In this document: piece by piece, positions 1-11,918 of the stretch
How positions within the stretch are numbered: position 1 is the first letter of the stretch
Layout: the number at the start of each line of letters is the position of its first letter
Source: Eledone cirrhosa
Taxonomy: Eukaryota
Length of the DNA: 64,000 bases
Assembly (NCBI GenBank): GCA_964016885.1
Contig: OZ024745.1
Coordinates: 85,374,001-85,438,000, forward strand
Reading direction: 5' to 3'
The notes under the pieces: generated by a model
Told to the model about the DNA's origin: nothing
Seen by the model: the letters and a program-made list of their open reading frames with translations, nothing else
Database searches by the model: none
Program-made: the position numbers and the translations under genes

Positions 1-664
1 TTATTATGTGAGCGGTTGGAGTAGTAATTACTAGGATTGTTTAAGTTGTCCTTATTCACTATATACTGCAGTTTATCTTTATGACCGGCCCTACGTAATG
101 CTGCATTATAATAGTCAGCATGCTCGTTAAAGATTTCTAGGTTTGAGGATAAGCGGGATATTCGGAGGGATATACTACGTGCTATGGATCTAATTATGGA
201 TTTGGGGTGATTTGAGTTGTAACTAATGTAGGCAAGATTTTCATTATTTTTGTGGAAAGGTTCTATTAATCCAGTATTTAGATTTAGAGTCACATCTAGA
301 AAATTAACCTTCTTATGGTTTAGTTCGTAGGTAATACTTAGGCCTAGTTTTTTGAAGAATATTCTAATATTTTTTCTTAGTCTTTCCATGCTCTGGTTGT
401 TTAGGTTCCTAGCTATAAGTAACGTGTCGTCCCTATAAATTCCTCCTTGGAGGTTACTGAATTCCTTATGTAGGTTGTGTGCTATGAATAGCCCCGCGAT
501 ATCTGTGATTTGCGCAGAATCATTTGATCCCATTGTTATATCGAAGCTATTTATTCTATCCTTTCTTACCCAGTAGCTATTTTCAAATTTTATGATAGTC
601 CTTCTAGCCGCTATTATTATTTCAATTTCATCAGATAGTCCTTCTAGCCGCTATTATTATTTCA
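1..664 (-). pseudogene. Penelope-like element reverse transcriptase fragment (Hydra-clade-like), runs off the window start
   Basis: Manual minus-strand translation: [44 protein letters not shown]...GGIYRDDTLL...KVNFLDVTLNL. Same motifs as the RT at 32190 and 46118. A ~30 bp tandem duplication at 594-664 marks the truncation point. Confidence 0.85.
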
Positions 665-665
665 T

Positions 666-1260
666 TGCGAGAATGAAGAAAATACACAGGCAAGAGAAGA
701 ATATACAGGCTACTATATGAAGTAGTAATGGCATTCAATTAGAACAATAACAACAATTACAACAATGCTATTAATAAATTATTCGAGGAGACCCTGACAT
801 TACTTAGGTGGGGGGTATAATGTCTCTAACGTTACGGCGTGTAAAACTAGCTGTGATGAGGCAAAAGTAAGAGTTTGGCATGTACAGAGTATCGAAGCGT
901 GTATCAATTTTAAATTATAAAGATAAGCCAGTGTTTACAGTCTTTCTTTTCATCAAGTCTTTCTTTTCATCAAGATAGATCTTTCTAACTTATTGTTAAG
1001 TAGCCTTTTTACATTTTTGAGGATATACAATAGCTCAAGATCACATAGCCCGCAGTGGGACATCCCTGTACTATGGGTTTTAGCAGCCGACAACTTCGAC
1101 CAGTTGATACTGTAGTTAGTGCTGCTGTCCTTCAGTTCCCATATTTTTTTGGCGAGGGTTGTGGAACCCATAAGTGCACGGTTTTTCATAAGTTAGAAAG
1201 ATCTATCTTCTGCAGACATAGAATTGCCACTAAATTCATAAGATTCAAACCTCCGTGAAT
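666..1260 (-). mobile_element. PLE 3' fragment: C-terminal GIY-YIG endonuclease remnant (953-1260) plus 3' UTR (666-953)
   Basis: STTLAKKIWELKDSSTNYSINWSKL...CGLCDLELLYIL aligns with TTALASRIWDLKDQGIQYKLDWSIL...CTLCINEEYWIL of the PLE at 33927-34328. Confidence 0.75.
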
Positions 1261-1576
1261 CGAACCAACACAACATAGCTTTAAATTAGGATACCTACTA
1301 CCCACAGAAATATAGTCATTAAGTATACTATATCCTTCACAAGTCTATACCACACAAATGTCTGTAAGTACATCATCTACCCACAAACTTATTCCTTCTC
1401 AGCTGCTGCCATCATTTGATCCTAAATCCTTGTTTTTCTCAAATCACAACTACAATGTAACTTTACCTTCCTTTTGACATAATTACAATTAGCACGCTTA
1501 TCTTTTTGCATGTATGTATATTTTTGTACGAGTGTATATTGATGTGTATGTATGTGTCTATGTACACATGCATGTG

Positions 1577-1654
<78 letters not shown>

Positions 1655-1753
1655 TGTGCGTGTAAATATATGCGTATATTACTTCGTTAACCTCTGTATT
1701 AACTCAACAACTATTTAGCTTTGACAGTGTTGTCCCACTCATGTATACTATTG

Positions 1754-2218
1754 AATATGAAAAGAAAGACTGTAAACACTGGCTTATCTTTATAATTTAA
1801 AATTGATACACACTTCGATACTCTGTACATGCCAAACTCTTACTTTTGCCTCATCACAGCTAGTTTTACACGCCGTAACGTTAGATACATTATACCCCCC
1901 CCCCACACACACACACCTAAGTAATGTCAGGGTCTCCTCAAATAATTTATTAATAGCATTGTTGTAATTGTTGTTATTGTTCTAATTGAATGCCATTACT
2001 ACTTCATATAGTAGCCTGTATATTCTTTTCTTGCCTGTGTATTTTCTTCATTCTCGCATGCTCCGAAGTTCTGACTGGTTATAATTTTGTATTGGCGATC
2101 GAGTAACGTGAAAATAAGCGAATAGCGATCTCTAGACCTGCCAGTTCAGAGAAACAATTGTCAGCTATGAGATTAAAAACCTTTTTTGTATAGCAAACCA
2201 TATCAACCTTCTTTCCTG

Positions 2219-2220
<2 letters not shown>
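1754..2220 (+). repeat. Inverted copy of the PLE 3' UTR/pLTR (mirror of 666-953), extended to an HHR-like end
   Basis: 1754-2058 is the near-exact reverse complement of 666-953. Confidence 0.85.
2060..2165 (+). ncRNA. Degenerate type-I hammerhead motif, CCGAAG(T) core, extended stem II
   Basis: gct-CCGAAGT-tctgactgg...ccagttcaga-GAAA-CAATTG-TC-agc. A9 is T. Confidence 0.55.
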
Positions 2221-2283
<63 letters not shown>

Positions 2284-2413
2284 TATATATATGTATATAT
2301 ATAATATATATATAATATAATTTATATATATATAACATATAATATATATATATAGTATATATATATAATATATAATATATATATATAATATATAATATAT
2401 ATATATATAATAT

Positions 2414-2460
<47 letters not shown>

Positions 2461-2981
2461 TATATATATATGTAATATATATAAAATATATATATATATA
2501 TATATAATATATATATATATATATAATATATATATATTATATATTTATATAATATATATATATATAATATATATATATATATATAATATATATATATAAA
2601 ATATATATATATAAAATATATATATAATATATATATATATACAATATATATTTATTATTACTATATATATATTTACTATATAATATATATATATATAATA
2701 TATATATATATATATAATATATATATATATATAATATATATATATATAATATATATTTATATATATATAATATAAATATATATATATAATATATAATATA
2801 TATATATATAATATATAATATATATATATATATATAATATATAATATATATATATATATATATAAAATATATATATATATAATATATAATATATATCTAT
2901 ATAAACTATATATAAAATATATAATATATATATATATAATATATATATATATATAATATATTATATATATATAATATATAT

Positions 2982-3015
<34 letters not shown>

Positions 3016-3027
3016 CATATAATATAT

Positions 3028-3061
<34 letters not shown>

Positions 3062-3309
3062 ATATATATATATATAATATATATAATATATATATATAAT
3101 ATATATATATATATATAATATATATGTATATAATATATATAATATATATATATACATATAATATATATATATATAATATATATAATATATATATAATATA
3201 TGTATATATATAATATATAATATATATATATATATAATATATAATATATATATATAATATATATATAATATAATATATATATATATATAATATATAACAT
3301 ATATATATA

Positions 3310-3358
<49 letters not shown>

Positions 3359-3606
3359 AAATATATATATATATATAATATATAATATATATAATATATA
3401 TAATATATATATATAATATATAATATATAATATATATATATATATATATATAATATATATATATAAAATATATAATATATATAATATATATATATATAAT
3501 ATATAATATATATATAATATATATATATATAATATATATCTATATATATATAATATATATCTATATATATATAATATATATCTATATATATATAATATAT
3601 ATATCT

Positions 3607-3638
<32 letters not shown>

Positions 3639-3649
3639 ATATATATATA
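2221..3649. repeat. Long imperfect (TA)n microsatellite
   Basis: Seen directly. It generates the spurious 377 aa IY ORF. Confidence 0.98.
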
Positions 3650-4412
3650 AATGAAAGGAATAGAATATATTGTAGCAAAAAGCCAACAGTATTCTATTAT
3701 ATATAAGTGACTATAGCATCAAAATGTGAAAAATAGTTAACGTAAGATGTGGGAAAAATAATTCAAACGCAACTCAAAAGGAATCAGGATATAGATTCAT
3801 CCTACAGAATTTAGTGAAATCCAGGGAAGAATGAATAGAGCCTTAACTCATGATAAAATAAAGTTTAAAATACTCATCCTTCAATTTGGGACAACTTCAA
3901 ATGCTCTGTATAGTCTTGAAGACTATTTCACGAAAACTTTCAGTGGAGATGATGACGGTTGGAATTCGATCGTCAGCAGAGCTCAACTCGATAACCAAAA
4001 TTTCTCACTGGTTAATATGCCAAAAAGTGATTTTAAAACAGGCTAGTTCACCATCATGCGTGATTATGAAAAATAAAACGCACATGTGGAAAGACATGGC
4101 TGGGGACGTCAGAATGAGACGAATGTTTGTTTACAAGAAACAACAGTCAAAAAACATTCCGAAGAAACTCTACAATAAGGTGTTCAGCAAAAGGCAATAT
4201 TATCGCGGTTTTTTTTATAAAAAATACCGGGATTAGTCACAAATAATTTAAGCACTCTAGGAAAGAAATCCGAGTATAAATATATAAATGAAAGGTATAG
4301 AAAATATTGTAGCAAAGAGCCAACAGTATTCCATAATATATAAGTGACTATAGCGTCGAAATGGAAAAATAGTTAACGTAAGATGTGGGAAAAATAATTC
4401 AAACTCAGCTCA
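3650..4412 (+). mobile_element. Short TA-embedded element with ~125 bp direct terminal repeats (637 bp period) and a weak HHR-like motif at 4155-4290
   Basis: aatgaaagg...ataattcaaac at 3650-3770 and 4287-4405. catt-CCGAAGA...GAAA...TA-aatg. Confidence 0.55.
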
Positions 4413-4440
4413 TTTAATATATATATATATATCTTTATAT

Positions 4441-4634
<194 letters not shown>

Positions 4635-4724
4635 CTATTATATATATCTATATATATATAGTATATATCTATATATATATAATACGATATTAACAAATGG
4701 AAACTATATTTATAAAACCATATC

Positions 4725-4789
4725 TATTTTATTATACATATTTCAAGGATACCATGTTAAATTATGGTATGCTTTCATCAGACAAAATA
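4725..4789 (-). ncRNA. Type-I hammerhead ribozyme
   Basis: Reverse complement of 4975-5039. Confidence 0.75.
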
Positions 4790-4974
4790 CAATATATACC
4801 AGTTTTATAAATAAATTTTGACATACCCTTTCAAAATGTAACCGTTACTTTTGGAAGCCATCAGGGATATGTATATATCAGGGATATATATATATATCCC
4901 TGATGTCTTCCAAAAGTAACGGTTACATTTTGAAAGGGTATGTCAACATTTATTTATAAAACTGGTATATATTG

Positions 4975-5039
4975 TATTTTGTCTGATGAAAGCATACCAT
5001 AATTTAACATGGTATCCTTGAAATATGTATAATAAAATA
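4975..5039 (+). ncRNA. Type-I hammerhead ribozyme
   Basis: tattttgt-CTGATGA-aagcataccat aatttaac atggtatcctt-GAAA-TATGTA-TA-ataaaata. Confidence 0.75.
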
Positions 5040-5192
5040 GATATGGTTTTATAAATATAATTTCCATTTGTTAATATCGTATATTTACTCCAAATACTTG
5101 TCGAGTGCTTTATATCAGTTATAAAAATATTTGCTTGTTGTATCCCAACAATTTAAATAGAACTTTTGCATATATATATATAATATATATCT

Positions 5193-5226
<34 letters not shown>

Positions 5227-5323
5227 ATATATATATATAAATATATAATATATATATATATATAATATATATATATATATATAATATATATAATATATAT
5301 CTATATATATATAATATATATCT

Positions 5324-5388
<65 letters not shown>

Positions 5389-5570
5389 TCTATATATATA
5401 TAATATATATCGTTATACTTTGGGAGGATCATGTTGCCAATAAGAAACAAACGCACCAGTTGCTTTCACTTCAACTTATTATAAATTAAATTTATAAATT
5501 TAGGAATTTATAAATTTCCGGTTGGTTGGTTGGTTGGTTGGTTCCATAACCAGACGATTGTTCATATATT

Positions 5571-5614
5571 GTCAAAGTTCTTTCGTCACACATTCTGTGA
5601 CTTCTTCAATGACT
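5571..5614 (-). ncRNA. Minimal HHR copy (C3T variant)
   Basis: gtca-TTGAAGA-agtcaca gaatg tgtgac-GAAA-GAAC-TT-tgac. Confidence 0.5.
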
Positions 5615-6096
5615 GGGGATTCTTTTCTTTGTTTTTGTGCCTCTCCTTTGTTCTGTCCTACGCCATCTTGTTTTTGTGTGTGTTATGTGCTTAGTTTGCG
5701 CATGTGTTACATCCGGGTGTCTGTGTGTGTTTATATTTGTTTATTTATTTGTTTATTTACATGTTACTGGTTGGTTATTTGTGTCATTATTTACCATATT
5801 TTCCCATTTGGTTCTGGCTCCTCTATATACTCTGATTCTATCTCTCTGATTGTAACCAGAGAACTGCATACGTTGGATGAAGTGTTGTATGTGTCTCTCT
5901 AGTTCTTTGGGGTTGCTCATGCGGGACACGTTTCTCATCACCCGTACCAAATCCGCAATCAGTATGTTGATTCTGGTATGGTCCGAAACAGCTGAGTTTC
6001 GGTGGATCAGATATTTGGAAGTCATGGGTTTGGAATAATGGGAATGTAGTATATAGCATAAGATGTACTGAAGGACAATGTAGAGATAAGAATATA

Positions 6097-6366
6097 GTGT
6101 ACATAGGTGAGACAGCTCGTAGTATAGGCGAACGGATAAATGAACACTGGCGAGAGCTTCAAGATGGTAAAGAATCATCTGTACTCCACCAACATGCTAA
6201 AATAGAACATAAGGGTAAATTAGAGAACATAGAAATAAAAATAGAATCTACACACAGAAATTACGCTATGTTTAGACAAATTGCAGAGGTAATAAACATA
6301 AATGAACTCCAACCCAAATTAAATAGTAAACATGAATGGAACAGCAACATCACAACTTACAATTAA
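6097..6366 (+). pseudogene. GIY-YIG endonuclease fragment (PLE)
   Basis: YIGET motif, catalytic R, E and terminal LN motif are present. Confidence 0.85.
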
Positions 6367-6564
6367 GGACAAAATGAAAACACACACACACATAGAACAA
6401 ACAACCAACCAGAAACATGTAAAAAATAAATAAATAAACAAATATAAACACACACAGACACCCGGATGTAACACATGCGCAAACTAAGCACATAACACAC
6501 ACAAAAACAAGATGGCGTAGGACAGAACAAAGGAGAGGCACAAAAACAAAGAAAAGAATCCCCA

Positions 6565-6607
6565 GTCACTGAAGAGGTCACAGAATGTGTGACGAAAGAA
6601 CTTTGAC
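6565..6607 (+). ncRNA. Minimal type-I HHR in PLE pLTR
   Basis: gtca-CTGAAGA-ggtcaca gaatg tgtgac-GAAA-GAAC-TT-tgac. Copies at 41442, 42250 and 62958. Confidence 0.65.
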
Positions 6608-6960
6608 AATATATGAACAATCATCTGGTTGTGGAACCAACCAACCAACCGGAAATTTATAAATTCCTAAATTTATAAATTTAATTTATAATAAATTGAA
6701 GTGAAAAGCAACTGGTGCGTGTGTTTCTTATTGGCAACATGACCCTCCCAAAGTATAACAATATCGGTTTCAACACACGATTTCAGAATCTTGCTAAACA
6801 AATTCAGAAACGAAATATAATATACATCTATATATATATAATATATATCTATATCTATATAATATACATCTAAATATATATATATATATATAAAAGACGT
6901 AAAATAAGAAAATTAAAAAAAAAAATTAAAAAAAAATTAACTTACTTACTTAAATTTTCA

Positions 6961-7050
6961 CTCCAACTAATTAGTTTCTGCAATGGGATAAAGACAGTTA
7001 CGTAATGAACTGTTGAGAATTTCATTGCGTCATCAGGGAGATCTATTCTC
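6961..7050 (-). ncRNA. Type-I HHR with branched/extended stem II, inside a TA-embedded element (~6890-7745)
   Basis: ctcc-CTGATGA-cgcaatg...cattgca-GAAA-CTAATTAG-TT-ggag. Confidence 0.6.
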
Positions 7051-7510
7051 AGCCAAGTCTCCGGGCAATGCGCGGACACTGGGGACTCATATAAAAATAA
7101 TAATAATTCGGTAAATGGAACAGCTATCGAGGACTGGATTCCAGGCACTGAAAATTCTCACTGCCACTGGTCATATGGCCGATTCTAAAGAATCAATCAC
7201 GTGACACAGAGGCTAGTCAGTAGGAATGGGATGGTAAGATGACAGACGCCTACTAACACCCCCAAAAAATTTAGAAGTGGTTTTGGCAGGTTTTGCTCGA
7301 CAAATCAGTGATTTGGAGATAAATATAGATAATTTAATATATCTACTAACATAAGCGCACAGATGTACGCTAATGCCAGCAAATACACAGGTTATGTCAT
7401 AGTACCTAGGTGGTTCAATGCAGGAGGATGCAGAACAATAATATAAAAGACGTAAAAATATATATATATATATACATATAATATATATCTATATCTATAT
7501 AATATATATC

Positions 7511-7582
<72 letters not shown>

Positions 7583-7588
7583 TATATA

Positions 7589-7642
<54 letters not shown>

Positions 7643-7742
7643 CGTCTTTTATATTATTGTTCTGCATCCTCCTGCATTGAACCACCTAGGTACTATGACA
7701 TAACCTGTGTATTTGCTGGCATTGCTGACGCAATGAAATTCT

Positions 7743-7780
<38 letters not shown>

Positions 7781-7839
7781 ATATAATATATATATATATA
7801 TATATAATATAATATATATATATATATATAATATAATAT

Positions 7840-7939
<100 letters not shown>

Positions 7940-7966
7940 TATATATATATATATATAATATATATC

Positions 7967-7997
<31 letters not shown>

Positions 7998-8952
7998 ATA
8001 TATATCTATATATAATATATATCTATATCTATCTATCTATCTATATATATATATATATATTCCACAGGAATAACAATAACATTTCATCTAACTTTTCAGC
8101 AACAATTTCGGTCAACTGGTGTTGACATTGGACTATAGTATCCAATGTATGTTTTTAAGGTGTGATTTTAGAGAGATTAGGTCCCGTTTTATAGCCGGTT
8201 GAACAACCACATGGAAGTTTCCTCGTTGTCTCTGATGTGTGTGTGTGAGAGAGAGGAGGGGTGTATGTTTCGGACAGTGTTACTGCTAGAGTACTACCAT
8301 TCGGTGGGGTTAATCACTTTGGGGGTGGAGGCCAGGGCTTGCTAGTCAGTTTGGATGAGTAGTTCTAGTTTTCTTTTCTCATCTTCCAGACTTCAAGGAT
8401 GGTGGTTTGATCCTCGATGTCGGCCGCTATTAACCAATGGACGGATATTTCGGACGGCACTTGTGTTATCCTGACTTTGGTAAATCTTTTCCGCAGTGCG
8501 ATGGCGCGAGGATTCACACTTCGCTTTTCAAAGTTGTTGAGAGGTGGGTGCATTTTCGCCTCTCCCAACGTGGAAAATCTCTTTATGTTGTGTGTTTTCT
8601 GCTTTCCCACACACCCAAGGGCCTTTTAAATTCTGAATTCAGAGGTGGTTTAAAGTTCTGCGCCTATTATTCAGCATGTAACTTGTCTGGAGGGCGATAC
8701 TGGGGTGAGGGGGGGGGGGATTTACCAAGTTTTCACTGTCTGGCATTTTTTTAAATCTGAATTTTGGGCAGTACATTCGAATGATTTGCTAGCTGGCGAG
8801 TCAAACAGCTTGCAATTTGGCTAGCAGATTGTTAGATTTGCCGACTAGTTGTATGGCTGGTTGGACGGTTGGTTGACTGGCTAGATGGTTGCCCGACTGG
8901 TCTTGACCAGTTGGTCAACTTCTTTTCAACTTGGCCGGCCGGCTGTCTAGAT

Positions 8953-11428
8953 CAGGGGTCACCAAACCTTTTTCACAGTGGGCCGGATAACTGAAAGAAT
9001 GACGAGCGCGGGCCGCATAATCATTCTGTTCAATACTTGCAAGCCAGAACGAAAGCTCTGGGAAAAAAGACGAAACACTACGTTTAGCATTCCATGTTAA
9101 TCATGGGTGAGTGGCGTGCAATGCACAAAAAACAAAGACAACCAACATATATATTTACTTAAATGTTATCAAAGAAGGCGACGTTAGCAAAAATATAGTT
9201 ACATCAGACCTAGTGTGCACATATCCGAATCTTACAAACTAAGCAGCAAAAAAGGTTAGTGAGATTTGTGAAACTGACGTTTGGCTTTCAAGATATCATC
9301 AATGTTTGGTTTGAAATTGCTGCATCTAATCAAGAGAATTGCTTTCAAATGTTCATCAGTCAATCTCGTTCGATGTGTTGACTTCACATACTTCATTTTT
9401 GAAAATGTTTACTCACAGACATAAGTTGTTCCAAACAATGATGCCATACCAGCGGCAAATTTCTTCAATTTCGGAAACTCAACATCAGGTAAGAAGCGGT
9501 AAAATTCAACAAGTTTTCTTTCTCTGTGCTTCTCTTTCAACAAGTCATTTGCTTGCAAATCAATGAGCTCCAGCTGTAGTTCAACTGGCACATCATGAAG
9601 GTTACAATCAAACGGATTCTAGAACAGAAGAATGTCACTCTCAATTCTGTCGAGATCTGAAAATCTCTCCCAAAAATGCTTCTTCAAGTCACGAATAATC
9701 TTTTTAGGAAAATCGAGGTTGATATCTTCAGCAATTGTAGCGCAAAACTCTTTGAAACAGTGAAAATGAGAGAAGTTTTCTCCTTCCAGTTGTGCTTCAA
9801 ACAATGACAGCTTTCTCCGAAATCCTTTGATGATTCTGTAGAGATCACAGACGAGGTTATCCTTTCCCTGAAGTTTCAAGTTCAGTTCATTCATGTGGGA
9901 TGTGATGCCGACCAAAAATGTCAACTTTGACAGCCAGATAGGATCTGACAGCTGTGGATCAGCTCTATCTTTTTCAGTGAGAAAAACATCTATTTCGTTT
10001 CGGAGCTTGTAATAACGAAATAGGACTTTACCGCAGCTGAGCCACCTCACTGCTGTGTGATAAGGCAAGTCACAGACATCAGAATCAATTTCTTCAAGAA
10101 AAGCCTGGAACTGACGGTGATTGAGTGCATGTCCCCGAATGAAGTTCACAGCAGAAACGACTTGTTTCAGTACACAAGAAATATCCAAGTCTTTCCCACA
10201 GAGTGCTTGCTGATGTATGATGCACTGTATGAACAGAGCGCCCGGAATTTTCAAATCTTCCAGCTGAGTCCTGATCTGCCCGACCAGACACTCCCTCACT
10301 CCAGCCATGTTTTTTCCTCCACCAACTGTAACACCTCGAAGCTGATTCAACTAAAGGTAGGATCTGACAACTGTGGATCAGCTCTATATTTTTCAGTGAG
10401 AAAAACATCTATTTCGTTTCGGAGCTTGTAAAAACGAAACAGGACTTTACCGCAGCTGAGCCACCTCACTGCTGTGTGATAAGGCAAGTCACAGAAATCA
10501 GAATCAATTTCTTCAAGAAAAGCCTGGAACTGACGGTGATTGAGTGCATGTCCCCGAATGAAGTTCACAGCAAAGTTTTCTGCACTTCCATGAAAATGTA
10601 TTTTCCAGTTGTTGTTCCATGCATGCAGCAAATGGATGCCAACTCTTCCGTTATCTGAAAGTCCAAATTGACATCACGAACGAACACGAGAAGTTGGGAT
10701 GTACTCGAGAGATCAGTAGACTCATCCAGCGCCAGAGAATACCACAAGTTCCTAGCTTTTTCGCGTATCTGTAGCACTATGTTCTCTCCAAGTTCTTCTG
10801 TTCTCTGCACAACTGAACTTGCCGAAAGGCTGATACTTCCAAACAAATCGGCTTTCTCAGGACACAAGTCATTTGCTGCTTCCATCATACACTCTTTGAT
10901 GAAGTTGCCATCAGTAAACAGTTTTCCTTGCTCTGCCAACTTATGCACTATTTTGTAACTTGTACGAGTGACAGATTCATTTTCAGCAAACTTTCTCGTG
11001 AAGAGATTTCTTTGAGTTTCTAAACCACGTTTCATGGACTCATATTTCTCAGAGTGTAACTTTCCAGAAAACTTTGAATATGTTGATAGATGTTTTGTTT
11101 CATAGTTACGCCGAAGATTGTACTCTTTCAAAACGGCAACACTTTCGCTGCGTACCACGCAACTAGCTTTCTGGTCCTTTGTTTCCACAAAGAAGTACTT
11201 TACTCCCCATTCTTCATTGAAAACGCGACACTCGGCGTCCACTTTTCTTTTCTTAGTAGCCATAATAAAGGGTGAAGAAAACGGGATCTGAAAATGAAAA
11301 AGACATTGAATTAGAAACATCTCGTGTTCCATCCGTTTTATCACGCAAATGAAAGTACCGTCGGCGGGCCTGATGAACTGACGTCGCGGGCCTGATCCGG
11401 CCCGCGGGCCGTAGTTTGGTGACCCCTG
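8953..11428 (-). mobile_element. hAT DNA transposon, Charlie/Buster/SPIN-like
   Basis: 15-bp TIR CAGGGGTCACCAAAC at both ends. 8-bp TSD GTCTAGAT (8945-8952, 11429-11436), fitting NTCTAGAN. Subterminal GGGCC motifs. Confidence 0.95.
9257..11263 (-). pseudogene. hAT transposase (GTF2IRD2/SPIN-like), disrupted by an internal duplication and frameshifts
   Basis: MATKKRKVDAECRVFNEEW...SLALDESTD...CIIHQQALC...HTAVRWLSCGKVL...LQLELIDLQ...FGTTYVCE. Confidence 0.92.
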
Positions 11429-11808
11429 GTCTAGATCATAGAGGGAAGTCATTTTCGGTGAAGCTACCGTTGAACTACTGCGGCAGTCGTTTTCGCTCTA
11501 GTAATTTTTCTGAGTGAAGCTATCATGGTTATTAATGGTTGTTTTTGCTCGCATTGTCACTGTTAGCGTGTTTTGTGGTGGTAGTGACGGCGTTGGCACG
11601 TGCGTCTTTGTCACTGTCAGTGACAAAGACGCACGACAAATATAGAACACACGAGGATCACTGTAAGATAGGAACCCTTCTGTGTCAGCTTTATGTTGCC
11701 AGATTTGTAAGTTTTAATCCTCCCCAAATTCTCTCCAAACAGCTGTTTCTGAAATTGTTTATATAACCGGAAGACCTATTTCCTGCTAAGTGTTATGTAT
11801 CATTATTA

Positions 11809-11879
11809 TTGAGGTCGATAAAATAAAGTACCAGTAATGCACTGGGATAATTGCTGGCCTTGTACCAAAAGTAGAAACA

Positions 11880-11918
<39 letters not shown>
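11809..11918 (+). mobile_element. SINE 3' fragment with (ATT)n tail (octopus-like)
   Basis: gaggtcgataaaataaagtaccagt...gcactggg...gctggccttgtaccaaaa followed by (att)n. Related decayed pieces near 23200 and 24190. Confidence 0.5.

Larger units (their letters stand above)
4682..5170. mobile_element. Foldback non-coding element (arms ~4682-4870 and ~4894-5082) with one HHR per arm
   Basis: Near-perfect ~190 bp inverted repeat between TA tracts. Related to 51096-51540. Confidence 0.85.
5412..6816. mobile_element. Rearranged PLE: inverted pLTRs (5412-5780 / 6400-6760) around an inverted RT-thumb fragment and a GIY-YIG fragment
   Basis: Minus strand: HYSKPMTSKYLIHRNSAVSDHTRINILIADLVRVMRNVS...MQFSGYN. 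Plus strand: YIGETARSIGERINEH...RQIAE...LNSKHEW. Flanks are inverted copies that contain HHRs. Confidence 0.85.

Noticed and set aside
850-910. GTGATGA...GAAG as a plus-strand hammerhead
   Set aside because: The core is mismatched, stems I and III do not pair, and it is antisense to the PLE.
2545-3678. Long IY/YI, CV, HT, SL/RE and IK ORFs throughout the ORF track
   Set aside because: They are translations of (TA)n, (TG)n, (GA)n and (TTTTTA)n microsatellites.
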